Source of the DNA: an uncultured Acidobacteriota bacterium
GTDB lineage: Bacteria; Acidobacteriota; Thermoanaerobaculia; Gp7-AA8
Length of the DNA stretch: 64,000 nucleotides
Direction: 5' to 3'
Assembly (NCBI GenBank): GCA_963741955.1
Contig: CAVUKB010000006.1
Location: 288,001-352,000, forward strand
Below the pieces are notes generated by a model. The model was not told where the DNA came from, searched no databases, and saw only the letters and a list, made by a program, of their open reading frames with translations. This document shows, piece by piece, positions 48,701 through 58,067 of the stretch (its first letter is position 1; the number at the start of each line of letters is the position of its first letter). A program made the position numbers and the translations under genes.

Positions 48701-49290
48701 TGAAGCTGAACGTGGCTCTGGTGGAGCAGAACCTGAAGAACGGGAAAATCCGCGAGCTGGGAGAGCGCTGCAGCGAGATGCACGGAATCATCGACGAAAC
48801 GATCGAATCGGTCCGGCGTATCGCCAGTCAACTCAATCCGCCGCTGCTCGAGCACCTCGGGCTCGCTGCCGCGATCGAAGAAGAGGCGCGTCGGTTCGAG
48901 CGAAGGAGCGGAATCGCCACGCGGGTGAGGATGCCCGAAGGAACCCTGGAGCTCGACCGCCATCGCTCGACCGCCATCTTCAGGATGGTCCAGGAAGCAC
49001 TGACGAATGTTGCACGCCATGCACGCGCGACCTCGGTCGAGCTGACGCTCTCCGAGACGGATGGTCGCCTGCGAATCGAAATCGAGGACAATGGGCGAGG
49101 AATCACAGACGACGAACGCCTCGCCTCCTCCTCTCTCGGACTGATCGGGATGCGGGAGCGCATCCGCTCGCTGGAAGGCGAGCTGCAGATCGAAGGACGA
49201 CACGATGCCGGAACGAAGATCATCGCCACCATCCCCGCCAGGCCGGCTGACGCCGGACAGCGCCGGGACCATTCGGGTCCTGATCGCTGA
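45796..49290 (+). CDS. multi-PAS/GAF sensor histidine kinase (HisKA_3, UhpB/NarX type)
   Basis: About six PAS/PAC units and a GAF domain; ERTSIAREVHDELGQ, QEALTNVARHA, DNGRG and GLIGMRER. Confidence 0.93.
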   Translation: MSERPKETPPGSPRRQLRELLRLLYRNTGEIFATGPVQLYIARYSNGGAYWVSDNIRALTGFEESMFTSSYDFWTSRLHPDDRRSAVDAITGLARGETVTIEYRWLARDDTYRWFLDQFVRIDTPDEPLLVGAVIDVTESHEKAEELIAANQRLDAVFEASPYAIIAIDSHERVQLWNDAATRMFGWSPEEAIGEKLPTIPEELRAEADELRRRANGGERVTNFVTRRRRKDGSVFDVSLSAAPLFDRHGLPAGTMGMLVDITEQKEKDDALRFQASLLGAVNQAIIVSDPDGRIVYWNRYAGELFGWTAGEALGRDVVELTVPEISTQQAAGIMDALRRGASWRGEFTVRHRSGRPVPLLVSDSPILDDEGRLTAIVGVSVDLSEQQAADEALRRSEERFRALFEQSPIATFLFRAVDRDFELIDFNPAARELTATVPPPYLGMRASERYAEYPAALEDMRATDETGYPRERALEYVLPDGRKRAIFVNFARVDRGLLMLHVRDLTEQKATEQALRFSNQALSALFQASPVAIIALDRERNVQAWNAEAERMYGWRAEEVNGRPIPFLTREQTHGPDSLISKVLGGEGVTNFELSRPRRDGSEVVVSLSASPLFDSEGRISGLVSAAVDITSRKAIEDELRARAAQESAVAEIAELALQGSDLERLMNRSCEVVANALDVRFSWIEVPLPDGRLEIRAGTGWRKKGVGRSRTSGGMESQGGVTLNAGTPIVSEDVMNDPRLRPSPIHERYRIVSAMSAVIPGRERPFGVIEANDTAKRFFAEHDVNFLVAAAGVLGTAIEHLQSQEALADREATLRLLIQQIPAVVFTTDLEMRLTSSIGLGMPGGSSPFASIGRRLGEIAGDNPQAGAAIEAQTRAFRGDPTRYEVLWRGRALEVHVEPFRTQSGEITGSVGVAVDITERKQHEAELQESRERLQALSTRVLTIQEDERTSIAREVHDELGQALTALKLNVALVEQNLKNGKIRELGERCSEMHGIIDETIESVRRIASQLNPPLLEHLGLAAAIEEEARRFERRSGIATRVRMPEGTLELDRHRSTAIFRMVQEALTNVARHARATSVELTLSETDGRLRIEIEDNGRGITDDERLASSSLGLIGMRERIRSLEGELQIEGRHDAGTKIIATIPARPADAGQRRDHSGPDR

Positions 49291-49918
49291 TGACCACGCC
49301 ATTGTCCGGCGGGGACTGCGTCAGATCCTGGAGGGAGAAGACGGGATAAGGGTGGAAGGCGAAGCTTCGACTGCTGCTGAAGCGCTCGATCGGCTCCACG
49401 GCAGTCGATGGGACGTGATCGTTCTCGACATCTCCCTTCCCGACCGCTCCGGACTCGAGCTCCTGCAGCAGGTCAAGCTCGAGTACCCCGACCTCCCGGT
49501 TCTCATCCTCAGCATGCATGCGGAAGAGCAGTACGCACTCCGGGCCCTCCGCCTCGGCGCGTCCGGATACGTCCTGAAGGAGTCGGCCCCCGAGCAGCTC
49601 GTCGAAGCGATTCGCACGGTTGCGAGCGACGGGAAGTTCCTCTCACCGGTGATCGCCGAGAAGCTCGCGTTCGAGCTCGCGGGTGGAGCCGGACAGAAGA
49701 AGCCGCACGAACGGCTCTCGAAACGGGAGTTCCAGATTCTCTGTCTGATCGCCTCCGGCCGGACCGTCGGCGAGATCGGCGAGATGCTCGCCCTCAGTGT
49801 GAAGACCGTGAGCACCCATCGGGGCCGGATCCTGCGGAAGATGGGGTTGCGAAACAATGCCCAGGTGATGCTCTACGCCGTGCAGCACGGACTGGAGGAC
49901 TGCGTCAAACGGTCCTGA
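49205..49918 (+). CDS. NarL/FixJ-type response regulator
   Basis: IADDH, LDISLP, GYVLK and LuxR HTH LSKRE...LSVKTVSTH. Start uncertain. Confidence 0.9.
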   Translation: MPERRSSPPSPPGRLTPDSAGTIRVLIADDHAIVRRGLRQILEGEDGIRVEGEASTAAEALDRLHGSRWDVIVLDISLPDRSGLELLQQVKLEYPDLPVLILSMHAEEQYALRALRLGASGYVLKESAPEQLVEAIRTVASDGKFLSPVIAEKLAFELAGGAGQKKPHERLSKREFQILCLIASGRTVGEIGEMLALSVKTVSTHRGRILRKMGLRNNAQVMLYAVQHGLEDCVKRS

Positions 49919-50010
49919 GCGGCATCGGTCCGGTCAGGCCGGCGTGTGCGCTCCGCCCTTCCCCCGCGCCGCGATCCGTGTTATTAGGCTCCGGCTGGAG
50001 GTTCTGCTCT

Positions 50011-51126
50011 ATGTCCGATTCCACACCCGGGATTTCCCTCAAACGCACGCCGCTCTACAGCCTCGAGCACGAGCTCGGCGGAAAGATGGTCGACTTCGGC
50101 GGATGGGAGCTCCCGGTGCAGTTCACCAGCATCATCGACGAGCACACCGCGGTTCGCGAGCGCGCGGGGCTGTTCGACGTCTCGCACATGGGAGAGATCG
50201 ACGTGCGCGGCAAAGATGCCCTGGCGTTTCTGCAGTTCGCCACCTGCAACGACGTCTCGAAACTCGCCGACGGCCGCTGCCAGTACAACGCGGTTCTCTA
50301 TCCGAACGCCGGATTCGTCGACGACATCCTGATCTACCGCCGCGGAGAGAACGACTACCTTCTGGTGGTCAATGCGGCGAATACCGAAAAGGACTTCGAG
50401 AGTCTCGCCGAGACGGCGAAGAAGTTCGACGTGGAGGTAGTGAACCGGAGCGCCGACTACGCGCAGCTCGCTCTGCAGGGACCACTCGCGGAGAAGATCC
50501 TGACTCCTCTCACGGACGTCGACCTCGCATCCATGAAGTACTACCGTTTCGCCCTCGGAAAGGTCGACGGAATCGACGCGATCGTCTCCCGCACCGGCTA
50601 CACCGGGGAGGACGGATTCGAAGTGTACGTCGCCCCCGAGCACGCCATCCGGATCGCCCGGAAAATCCTCGAAGGAGGGAAGGCCGACGGAGTCGTCCCT
50701 TGCGGTCTCGGCGCTCGCGACACCCTCCGTCTCGAAGCCCGGATGCACCTCTACGGCAACGACATGGACCACACCACCACTCCGCTCGAAGCGGACCTCG
50801 GGTGGATCGTGAAGCTCGACAAGGGCGACTTCATCGGCCGAGAGGTCCTCGAGCGGGAGAGCGCCGAAGGCGTGAAGCGGAAGCTCGCCGCATTCGAGAT
50901 GGTCGACCGGGGAATCGGCCGCCATGGCTATCCGGTGGTCGACGGCGGCCACGAGACCGGCGTGGTGACCAGCGGAACCCACTCGCCGACGTTGAAAAAG
51001 GCGATCGGACTCGCATATCTTCCAGTCGACAAGACGGAGATCGGGACCGAGTTTTCGATTCTGATCCGGGGTAAGGAAGCGAAGGCCCGCGTCGTCCCCA
51101 CCCCTTTTTACAAACGAGCCAGGTAA
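50011..51126 (+). CDS. gcvT: glycine cleavage system aminomethyltransferase T
   Basis: GLFDVSHMG, SRTGYTGEDGFE and GLGARDTLRLEA. Confidence 0.97.
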   Translation: MSDSTPGISLKRTPLYSLEHELGGKMVDFGGWELPVQFTSIIDEHTAVRERAGLFDVSHMGEIDVRGKDALAFLQFATCNDVSKLADGRCQYNAVLYPNAGFVDDILIYRRGENDYLLVVNAANTEKDFESLAETAKKFDVEVVNRSADYAQLALQGPLAEKILTPLTDVDLASMKYYRFALGKVDGIDAIVSRTGYTGEDGFEVYVAPEHAIRIARKILEGGKADGVVPCGLGARDTLRLEARMHLYGNDMDHTTTPLEADLGWIVKLDKGDFIGREVLERESAEGVKRKLAAFEMVDRGIGRHGYPVVDGGHETGVVTSGTHSPTLKKAIGLAYLPVDKTEIGTEFSILIRGKEAKARVVPTPFYKRAR

Positions 51127-51152
51127 GTTCGAAAAGAAGGAGCAGCGAATCC

Positions 51153-51545
51153 ATGGCGACTCCGCGCGACAACCGTTACGCCAAGAGCCACGAGTACATT
51201 CACGTCGAAGGCGACATCGCGACCATCGGCATCAGTGATTACGCCCAGAAAGAGCTCGGCGACGTCGTGTACGTCGACGTGCCGCAGGTCGGTTCCGAGC
51301 TCGAATCCGGCGACGAGCTCGGGAGCATCGAGTCGGTCAAGGCCGTCTCCGAGCTCTTCTCGCCCGTCTCCGGAGAGGTGATCGAGGTCAATGAGCGTCT
51401 CGCCGATAAGCCCGATCTGGTCAACACCGATCCCTATGGTGACGGCTGGATGGTCAAGATCCGGATGTCGAAGGCGGATGAGGCCGACGACCTGATGGAC
51501 GCCGAAGAGTACGACGAGTACGTCGAGAAGGAATCGAATCACTAG
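51153..51545 (+). CDS. gcvH: glycine cleavage system H protein
   Basis: GISDYAQKELGDVVYV, IESVKAVSE (lipoyl Lys) and NTDPYGDGW. Confidence 0.97.
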   Translation: MATPRDNRYAKSHEYIHVEGDIATIGISDYAQKELGDVVYVDVPQVGSELESGDELGSIESVKAVSELFSPVSGEVIEVNERLADKPDLVNTDPYGDGWMVKIRMSKADEADDLMDAEEYDEYVEKESNH

Positions 51546-51860
51546 CCCGCTTGGCTCCAGAGCGAGCCGGAATGCCGCTTCCCCCCTGCGGGTTCGGCAT
51601 TGCGGAACCCGGAGATCGAGACGTGCCCTGCGCCGAGTGCGGCTTTTGACGCGGTTCCGCTGAATCTGGCGGAGAGCGCCGGCGGGCACGACGGCTCCGG
51701 CAGAACGACGTCACGCCGTTCGGGCCCGCGATCGCGTCCGGTTGTTGATGCATTAAGGAAACTGGTTATCTACTTCAGATCTCAGAATCATTAATTACGT
51801 ATCATTTTCACCGTTCCGCTTCGACTCCCCGAAGCGGTCATTCCCCGAGAGGAGCTCTCC

Positions 51861-53228
51861 GTGGACAAGGTCTCGATGCGCTACATCCCCAATGCCTCCG
51901 AGGATGTTCGCGAGATGCTCGAGGTGATCGGCGTCGACTCGATCGACCGCCTCTTCGACAGCATCCCCGAATCGATCAGACACAAAGGACTTCTCGATCT
52001 TCCGGAACCGTGGTCGGAGATCGAAGTGCGGCGGTGGTTCGGTGCACTGGCGGAGCGGAATCGCACCTCGCGTACGGCGCTCTCGTTCATGGGTGCCGGG
52101 GCATACACGCACTATCAACCGGCGTGCATCGACCAGCTCCTCCTGCGTGCGGAGTTTCTCACCTCGTACACTCCGTACCAGCCGGAAGTCTCCCAGGGGA
52201 CGCTCCAGTCGATCTTCGAGTACCAGACCCACCAGTGCCTGCTGACCGGTCTCGACGTCGCGAATGCCTCGATGTACGACGGATCGACCGCGCTGGTCGA
52301 AGGAGTCCTCCTCGCGGAACGGGTCGGGAAAACGCGCACGAAAGTCGTGATCGCCGGTTCCATCCATCCCGAATATCGCGAGACGCTCCGCACCTACGTG
52401 CAGAACCTCGGCATCGAACTGGTCGAAGTCGGCTGGGGAACGGATGGGCGGATCGATCTCGACGCGCTCGGGAAGGCAGTGGACGAGAACACGTTCGCGG
52501 TTGCGGTGCAGTCGCCGAACTTCTTCGGTGTCCTCGAGCATTACGACGCGGTCGGGACGATCGCCGATCGCTCGCGTGCGGTGAAGATTGCGGTGATCAC
52601 GGAGGCGACGTCGCTCGGAATCGTGAGCCCTCCGGGGGCACATCGGTTCGACGTCGCGCTCGGTGAAGGGCAGGCGTGGGGGATCGCGACGCAGTACGGC
52701 GGCCCTTACGTCGGATTCATGGTGGTGCGCGAAGAGCTCAAACGTCACATGCCGGGTCGTCTGGTCGGCGAGACGGTGGACGTCGACGGCCGCCGCGCAT
52801 ACGTGCTGACGCTCGCGACGCGTGAGCAGCACATCCGCCGCGGAAAGGCGACGTCGAACATCTGCACCAACGAGGCGCTGATCGCGCTCGCTGCGAACAT
52901 GTACCTCTCACTGATGGGGAAGGACGGGCTGCGCGAGGTCGCGACCCACTGTCTTCAGAAGACGGCATATCTGATCGGAAAGCTGCGCGAATCCGGAAAG
53001 GTCGAGCTTCCGTTCAGCGGCCCGGTCTACGACGAATTCACGGTGCGGACGAAGCGCCCCGCAGCCGCGGTCCTTCGGGATCTCGAAGAACGCAACATTC
53101 TGGGCGGCGTGGCGCTCGGCCGCTTCTACCAGGGAATGGACGACTCGCTCCTGATCGCGGTGAACGAGCTCCACACCCGCGAGCAACTCGACGAATTCGC
53201 CGGCGCACTCGCGTCGGTAGCGGGATGA
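51861..53228 (+). CDS. gcvPA: glycine dehydrogenase subunit 1
   Basis: YTPYQPEVSQG, NASMYDG and TREQHIRRGKATSNICTN. Confidence 0.96.
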   Translation: MDKVSMRYIPNASEDVREMLEVIGVDSIDRLFDSIPESIRHKGLLDLPEPWSEIEVRRWFGALAERNRTSRTALSFMGAGAYTHYQPACIDQLLLRAEFLTSYTPYQPEVSQGTLQSIFEYQTHQCLLTGLDVANASMYDGSTALVEGVLLAERVGKTRTKVVIAGSIHPEYRETLRTYVQNLGIELVEVGWGTDGRIDLDALGKAVDENTFAVAVQSPNFFGVLEHYDAVGTIADRSRAVKIAVITEATSLGIVSPPGAHRFDVALGEGQAWGIATQYGGPYVGFMVVREELKRHMPGRLVGETVDVDGRRAYVLTLATREQHIRRGKATSNICTNEALIALAANMYLSLMGKDGLREVATHCLQKTAYLIGKLRESGKVELPFSGPVYDEFTVRTKRPAAAVLRDLEERNILGGVALGRFYQGMDDSLLIAVNELHTREQLDEFAGALASVAG

Positions 53229-53238
53229 GGGGTAAGGA

Positions 53239-54750
53239 ATGACTGCAGAAACGATGATTCCGGTCGAGAAAACCGCAGCCAGACAGTCTTCCTCGCGGGA
53301 GTCGCTGATCTTCGAGGAGTCGCGCGGCGGACGTCGCGCCTACCGGCTCCCTGATCTCGACGTCCCGGAGAGCGGGCTGGAATCGCTTCTTCCCAAAGGC
53401 CTCCTCCGCGGAGAGCTGGAGGGAGAGTGCGAAGTGTCGGAAGTCGACGTGATCCGTCATTTCACCCGCCTCTCGAAATTGAACGTTTCGATCGACGCGG
53501 GACTCTATCCGCTCGGCTCCTGCACCATGAAGCACAACCCGCGGATCAACGAAGAGATCGCACGGATTGCAGGCTTCGCGGCATCACATCCGCTGCAGCT
53601 CGAACATCAGGTCCAGGGGAATCTCGAGCTCCTCTGGGCGCTGGAGCAGGCGCTCGCGGAGATCCTGGGGATGCCGCGGGTCACGCTTCAGCCGGTCGCC
53701 GGCGCGCACGGTGAGCTGACCGGAATCCTGATGATCCACAAGGCGCTCGCCGCGACCGGAAATCCGCGGAAGTACATCCTGATCCCCGATTCGGCGCACG
53801 GCACGAATCCGGCCTCGGCGCACTTCGCCGGCTACACGGTGAAGGAGCTGAAGTCGAATGCCCGCGGCACGCTCGATCTCGACCTTCTGGAGAAGGAAGT
53901 GACCGAGGACGTTGCGGCACTGATGATCACGGTGCCGAACACGCTCGGCGTCTTCGAGAGCCAGATCCGTCAGATCGCCGACATCCTCCACGCGAAGGGG
54001 GCCTATCTCTACTGCGACGGCGCGAACCTCAACTCGTTCGTCGGTATCGCGCGGCCGGGGGACATGGGGATCGACGTCATTCACTCGAATCTCCACAAGA
54101 CGTTCTCCACGCCGCATGGCGGCGGAGGACCCGGGGCGGGGCCGGTCGGAGTTTCGGAGCGGCTGGTGCCGTTCCTCCCCACGCCGACCATCGAGCGCCG
54201 CGAAGACGGAACGTTCTTCCTCGACGACGATCATCCGCAGTCGATCGGCCGGGTGCGTGCCTTCAACGGCAACTTCGGTGTTCTGGTGCGGGCTCTCACG
54301 TACATCCGGAGTATGGGAGCGAGCGGCCTCCGGCGGGTGGCGGAGATCGCGGTGCTGAACGCCAACTACATCCGGGCGCGTCTCGCCGGGCACTACAACC
54401 TTCCGTACGACGCGCCGACGCTGCACGAAGTGGTCTTCAACGACAAACGCCAGCTCGCGCACGACGTTCACACGCTCGACATCGCGAAGCGGCTGATGGA
54501 CTACGGATTCCATCCGCCGACGATCTATTTCCCGCTGATCGTGGCGGGCGCGCTGATGATCGAGCCGACCGAGACGGAGCCGAAGGGAGAGCTCGACGCG
54601 TTCTGCGACGCGATGATCGAGATCGCCCGAGAAGCGGAGGAGACGCCCGAGCTGGTGCGCTCGGCGCCGCACACCACCCCGGTGCGCCGTCTCGACGAGG
54701 CTCGCGCGGCACGCCAGCCGGTGCTTCGCTGGACTCCGGAACGGAAGTGA
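53239..54750 (+). CDS. gcvPB: glycine dehydrogenase subunit 2
   Basis: YPLGSCTMK, SAHGTNPAS, NLHKTFSTPHGGGGPG and EPTETE. Confidence 0.96.
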   Translation: MTAETMIPVEKTAARQSSSRESLIFEESRGGRRAYRLPDLDVPESGLESLLPKGLLRGELEGECEVSEVDVIRHFTRLSKLNVSIDAGLYPLGSCTMKHNPRINEEIARIAGFAASHPLQLEHQVQGNLELLWALEQALAEILGMPRVTLQPVAGAHGELTGILMIHKALAATGNPRKYILIPDSAHGTNPASAHFAGYTVKELKSNARGTLDLDLLEKEVTEDVAALMITVPNTLGVFESQIRQIADILHAKGAYLYCDGANLNSFVGIARPGDMGIDVIHSNLHKTFSTPHGGGGPGAGPVGVSERLVPFLPTPTIERREDGTFFLDDDHPQSIGRVRAFNGNFGVLVRALTYIRSMGASGLRRVAEIAVLNANYIRARLAGHYNLPYDAPTLHEVVFNDKRQLAHDVHTLDIAKRLMDYGFHPPTIYFPLIVAGALMIEPTETEPKGELDAFCDAMIEIAREAEETPELVRSAPHTTPVRRLDEARAARQPVLRWTPERK

Positions 54751-54783
54751 GCGCGGGCCGGGGCGGATTTCTCGAGCGCCCTA

Positions 54784-54944
54784 GGAGTCTGCGCGGTAGA
54801 AACGTCCGTAGCGAGAGAGCGGAGCAGCGAGGCCAAATTCGTTCGGATTTGAGGTGCGTAGCGGTGGCTACTCGCCGAAAATCCGGACCGATTTGGACCG
54901 CTGATCCGCTTTCGCAGTAGGACAGTTTCTACCGCGCAGACTCC
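54784..54944. mobile_element. hairpin MITE family A, copy 3 (161 bp)
   Basis: TIRs as above; TA duplication at 54782-54783 and 54945-54946. Confidence 0.9.
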
Positions 54945-55726
54945 TAGCCCGCGGAAACCGAGCATTCGGCCCGGCTTTAGTGCGTCTGGTCCGGGGTGAT
55001 GACCGTAGCACGCTGCGTCACGTTGTCAGTGACCGAAACGAATGCCCAGATCGGCTGATGCGCGGAGACCTCCACCCATACCTGGTCGGGAAGGGCCCCC
55101 GTGGTGATCTCGTTCAGCATCACGAATCCGTCTGCAGGGTACGGCGGGAATCCAGGGTCATGCTGATCGCTTCGTCCGTGGCTGGCGCTCAGCCAGATCG
55201 CGGCCTCAGCCAACACATCTCCCTCGAATGAGAGAACCCTCACCGCCACAGGAATCTGTTCGCCTCCTTCGAAGTCGTAAACTCGAATTCTCACCCGATA
55301 GCGGTCGGCGGTCGGCACGTTCAGCATCCGCTGGACCGATCGGAAGGCCGATTCCCCAACCACGGGGATGATGTTTCCCCACCCGTCCAATCGCTCGAAT
55401 GCGCGCAGCTGCAAATGCAACGCCTCCCAAGGCTTCTGCAGATAGAGAAACGCACCCTGATTTTCCGACGGCCTGAGGACTTCCGCTTCATGTGCCACGC
55501 TGTGCGGCGGCACTTCTTTCGACGGGCAGAGAATCTGGCAGACCTCAGTTGGAGCCTGATCTACGATCAGCGGTACGTCCCCGTCGTTCAGCACGACCAA
55601 CTCGGTCTCCCACATACTGCCATACGCACCCTCAGTATCGAACGCCACCACGGGCACCAGTACGCGCTCGAACTGCGGCTCTTGCGCAGCGACCCACCCG
55701 GCAGTCAGGAAGTACGTGAAAAATAG

Positions 55727-57310
55727 GGTTCTCCTAACAGGTGTGTAGGTGCGGAATGATTGTCGGAGGCATGCAGGAACGGCGACGCGGCTGTTTTCGA
55801 GGAGCAAGTCGGTGTTCGCCGAAGCGTTCGGAAAGCGAAGTTGTGGAAACCGCGGAAAACGCCGCCACCCGGCCGCCGCGTTTTCCGCCGTTCCCACAAC
55901 TTGCCCCGCCGTCGCGGAAGGATCTGAAGGAGCCCCGAAAGTCGCTGCTCGTGGAGAGGTGAAGATCGAAGCAGCGATAGCAGGTTGGAATCGGCGAACC
56001 GTGCTGCCCATTTCCCGTAGTCTGTAGTCGATGAAACCAAGACACGGGGAGGACAGGCACGGTGCGCCTGACGACATTGTTCCGGAAGTTGCTCAACATG
56101 GCAAACGTAACGGTTCGCGGGGTTCGGTTCGAAGCTCGGAGTCTCTATCTCGACGTGAGTCCAACGTGGAGACGTCCGCGGTGCGGAGGGTGCGGACGGG
56201 TTGCTCCCGAGCTTCACGGAACGGTGATGAAGCATCGCGAATGGCGTCATCTCGGCCTCTGGGGATGCCGGGTGATGCTGCGGGCGGATCTGCCGCGGGT
56301 GCGTTGCCGCCGCTGCGGGGTGCGAACGGCCGCGGTTCCGTGGGCACGGCCTGGTTCGATGTTCACCCGCGCGTTCGAAGACGAGCTTGCCTGGTTTCTG
56401 CAGCGATCCAATCAAACCGCGGTCTCGGCGTACTTCAAGGTCAGCTGGCTCACGGCCGGACGGATCGCCGCTCGAGTGGTTGCCGAAAAACGCGACCCGA
56501 ACGCGCTCGAGAATCTGACCCGGATCGGCATCGACGAGATCTGCTGGGGGCGGCCGAAGAAGTTCATGACCGTGGTCACGAACCACGAGACCGGGCAGAT
56601 GATCTGGGCGGCGAAGGGTAAAAGTGCAGAGGTTCTCGACGGGCTGTTCGATCTGCTCGGCCCCGAGCGCTGCGCGCGAATCCGTCTGGTGAGCATCGAC
56701 ATGAGCGCGGCCTTCGAGAAAGCTGTTCGCGACCGACTGCCGAACGCCGAAGTCGTTTTCGATCGGTTCCACGTGGTCCAACTCCTCGGGAATGCGATCG
56801 ATCAGGTGAGGCGGGACGAGATGCGAAAGGCCACCGGCGAGGAGCGCTCCGCTCTCAAATCCACTCGGTTCGTCCTCCTGAAGAACCCCTGGAACCTGCG
56901 TGATGCCGAGGAGGCGAAACTCTCGGAGCTCGCGCGGATGAATCACACCCTCTTTCGCAGTTACCTGGTCAAGGAATCCTTTCAGGACATCTATGACTCC
57001 TCGTCCGTCCGCCAAGCTGATCGACGGTTCAAGCGCTGGTATCAGTCCGCGGTTCATAGCCGCATTCAACCCCTCGTTCGCTTCGCGCGAACCGTCGCGG
57101 CGAAATGGCCTGGCATCCGCCGTTACTTCGAGTATCGACTCACGAATGCAGTTGCTGAAGGCTGCAACAACAAGATCCGAATGCTCAGTCACCGCGCTTT
57201 CGGCTTTCACACCGCGGAAGCTCTGATCGCAATGGCGTTCCTCTGTACGTCAGCAATCGCATTCCATCCTCTCGGCCTATGAACTCTGCTACACACCTGT
57301 TAGGAGATCC
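55727..57310 (+). mobile_element. ISL3-family insertion sequence (1584 bp)
   Basis: TIR GG(T/A)TCTCCTAACAGGTGTGTAG; 8-bp DR AAAAATAG at 55719-55726 and 57311-57318. Confidence 0.93.
56062..57282 (+). CDS. ISL3-family transposase
   Basis: Zn finger CGGC...CRRC; IGIDE, SIDMS, DRFHVV and TNAVAEGCNNKIR. Confidence 0.95.
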   Translation: MRLTTLFRKLLNMANVTVRGVRFEARSLYLDVSPTWRRPRCGGCGRVAPELHGTVMKHREWRHLGLWGCRVMLRADLPRVRCRRCGVRTAAVPWARPGSMFTRAFEDELAWFLQRSNQTAVSAYFKVSWLTAGRIAARVVAEKRDPNALENLTRIGIDEICWGRPKKFMTVVTNHETGQMIWAAKGKSAEVLDGLFDLLGPERCARIRLVSIDMSAAFEKAVRDRLPNAEVVFDRFHVVQLLGNAIDQVRRDEMRKATGEERSALKSTRFVLLKNPWNLRDAEEAKLSELARMNHTLFRSYLVKESFQDIYDSSSVRQADRRFKRWYQSAVHSRIQPLVRFARTVAAKWPGIRRYFEYRLTNAVAEGCNNKIRMLSHRAFGFHTAEALIAMAFLCTSAIAFHPLGL

Positions 57311-58067
57311 AAAAATAGCAGGTATTTGATGCGCATCATGGGCAGTCACTCAAGTTTAGCAATGGCAGACCATCGATCGTCACACCATTTCCAGTAGAAC
57401 CTTCGGACGTGAGGAAGGACATCACCGCGCTGCGAGAAGCGCCGTGATGGGCGTGCAAGTACCGAGCCACGACACCGGCGACGAGCGGCGCGGCGAAAGA
57501 GGTTCCCGAGACGCAATTACCAGTATCGGTCCACGTGGAGCCATCGAAGCACGGCGACGCCTGACTACGATACAGGGCCCACGGATGCACGCTTGCGAAT
57601 GCCGACTCCATGTTCTGCGCCGGCGCGTAAATGTCTGTGTTATCGCCCCAATTTGAGAAATAGACCCTGGTATCAGAATCCCTTGCGGATCCTGCCACGG
57701 TGATAGCATCGGGGGAACTCGCGGGATCCCAGTTTGCAGTGTTGTCCTGGAAATTGCCGGCCGCCGCCACTACCATGATTCCGTTTGATACGAGGGTGTT
57801 TACCGCACGATTCATCGGACCCGGCAAGCAGACCCAATGACACGACGCTTCGGTAGGAAACGCGAAGCTGAGATTTACGACGGCCGACTTGGTGGGATTG
57901 GCTGTCGCGTCGTCCAGGATCCAATTCAAAGCAGCGACCACGTTAGCGGAGCTCGACGACCCGCCGCAGTTGAAAGCCTTCGTGTCCACGACAGTAACGT
58001 CCGGGGCAACGCCCAGGGTGTTGCCCCCTGGAATCGAGGCCACGCCGGTTCCATGCGAGCCGTTAAG

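Larger units (their letters stand above)
54977..57339 (-). pseudogene. secreted hypothetical protein interrupted in its signal peptide by ISL3
   Basis: Removing ISL3 and one DR copy gives MMRIKYLLFFTYFLTAGWVAAQEPQFERVLVPV...GAYGSMWETEL...WAFVSVTDNVTQ (256 aa). Its ATG overlaps the subtilase stop. Confidence 0.85.

Noticed and set aside
49919-50010. Glycine riboswitch upstream of gcvT
   Set aside because: Gap is only about 90 bp and lacks the GGAGA/CCGAAG/CTCAGG aptamer motifs.
54977-56077. 366-aa ORF reading out of ISL3 into the secreted protein
   Set aside because: Chimeric frame created by the insertion; the native start is at 57339.
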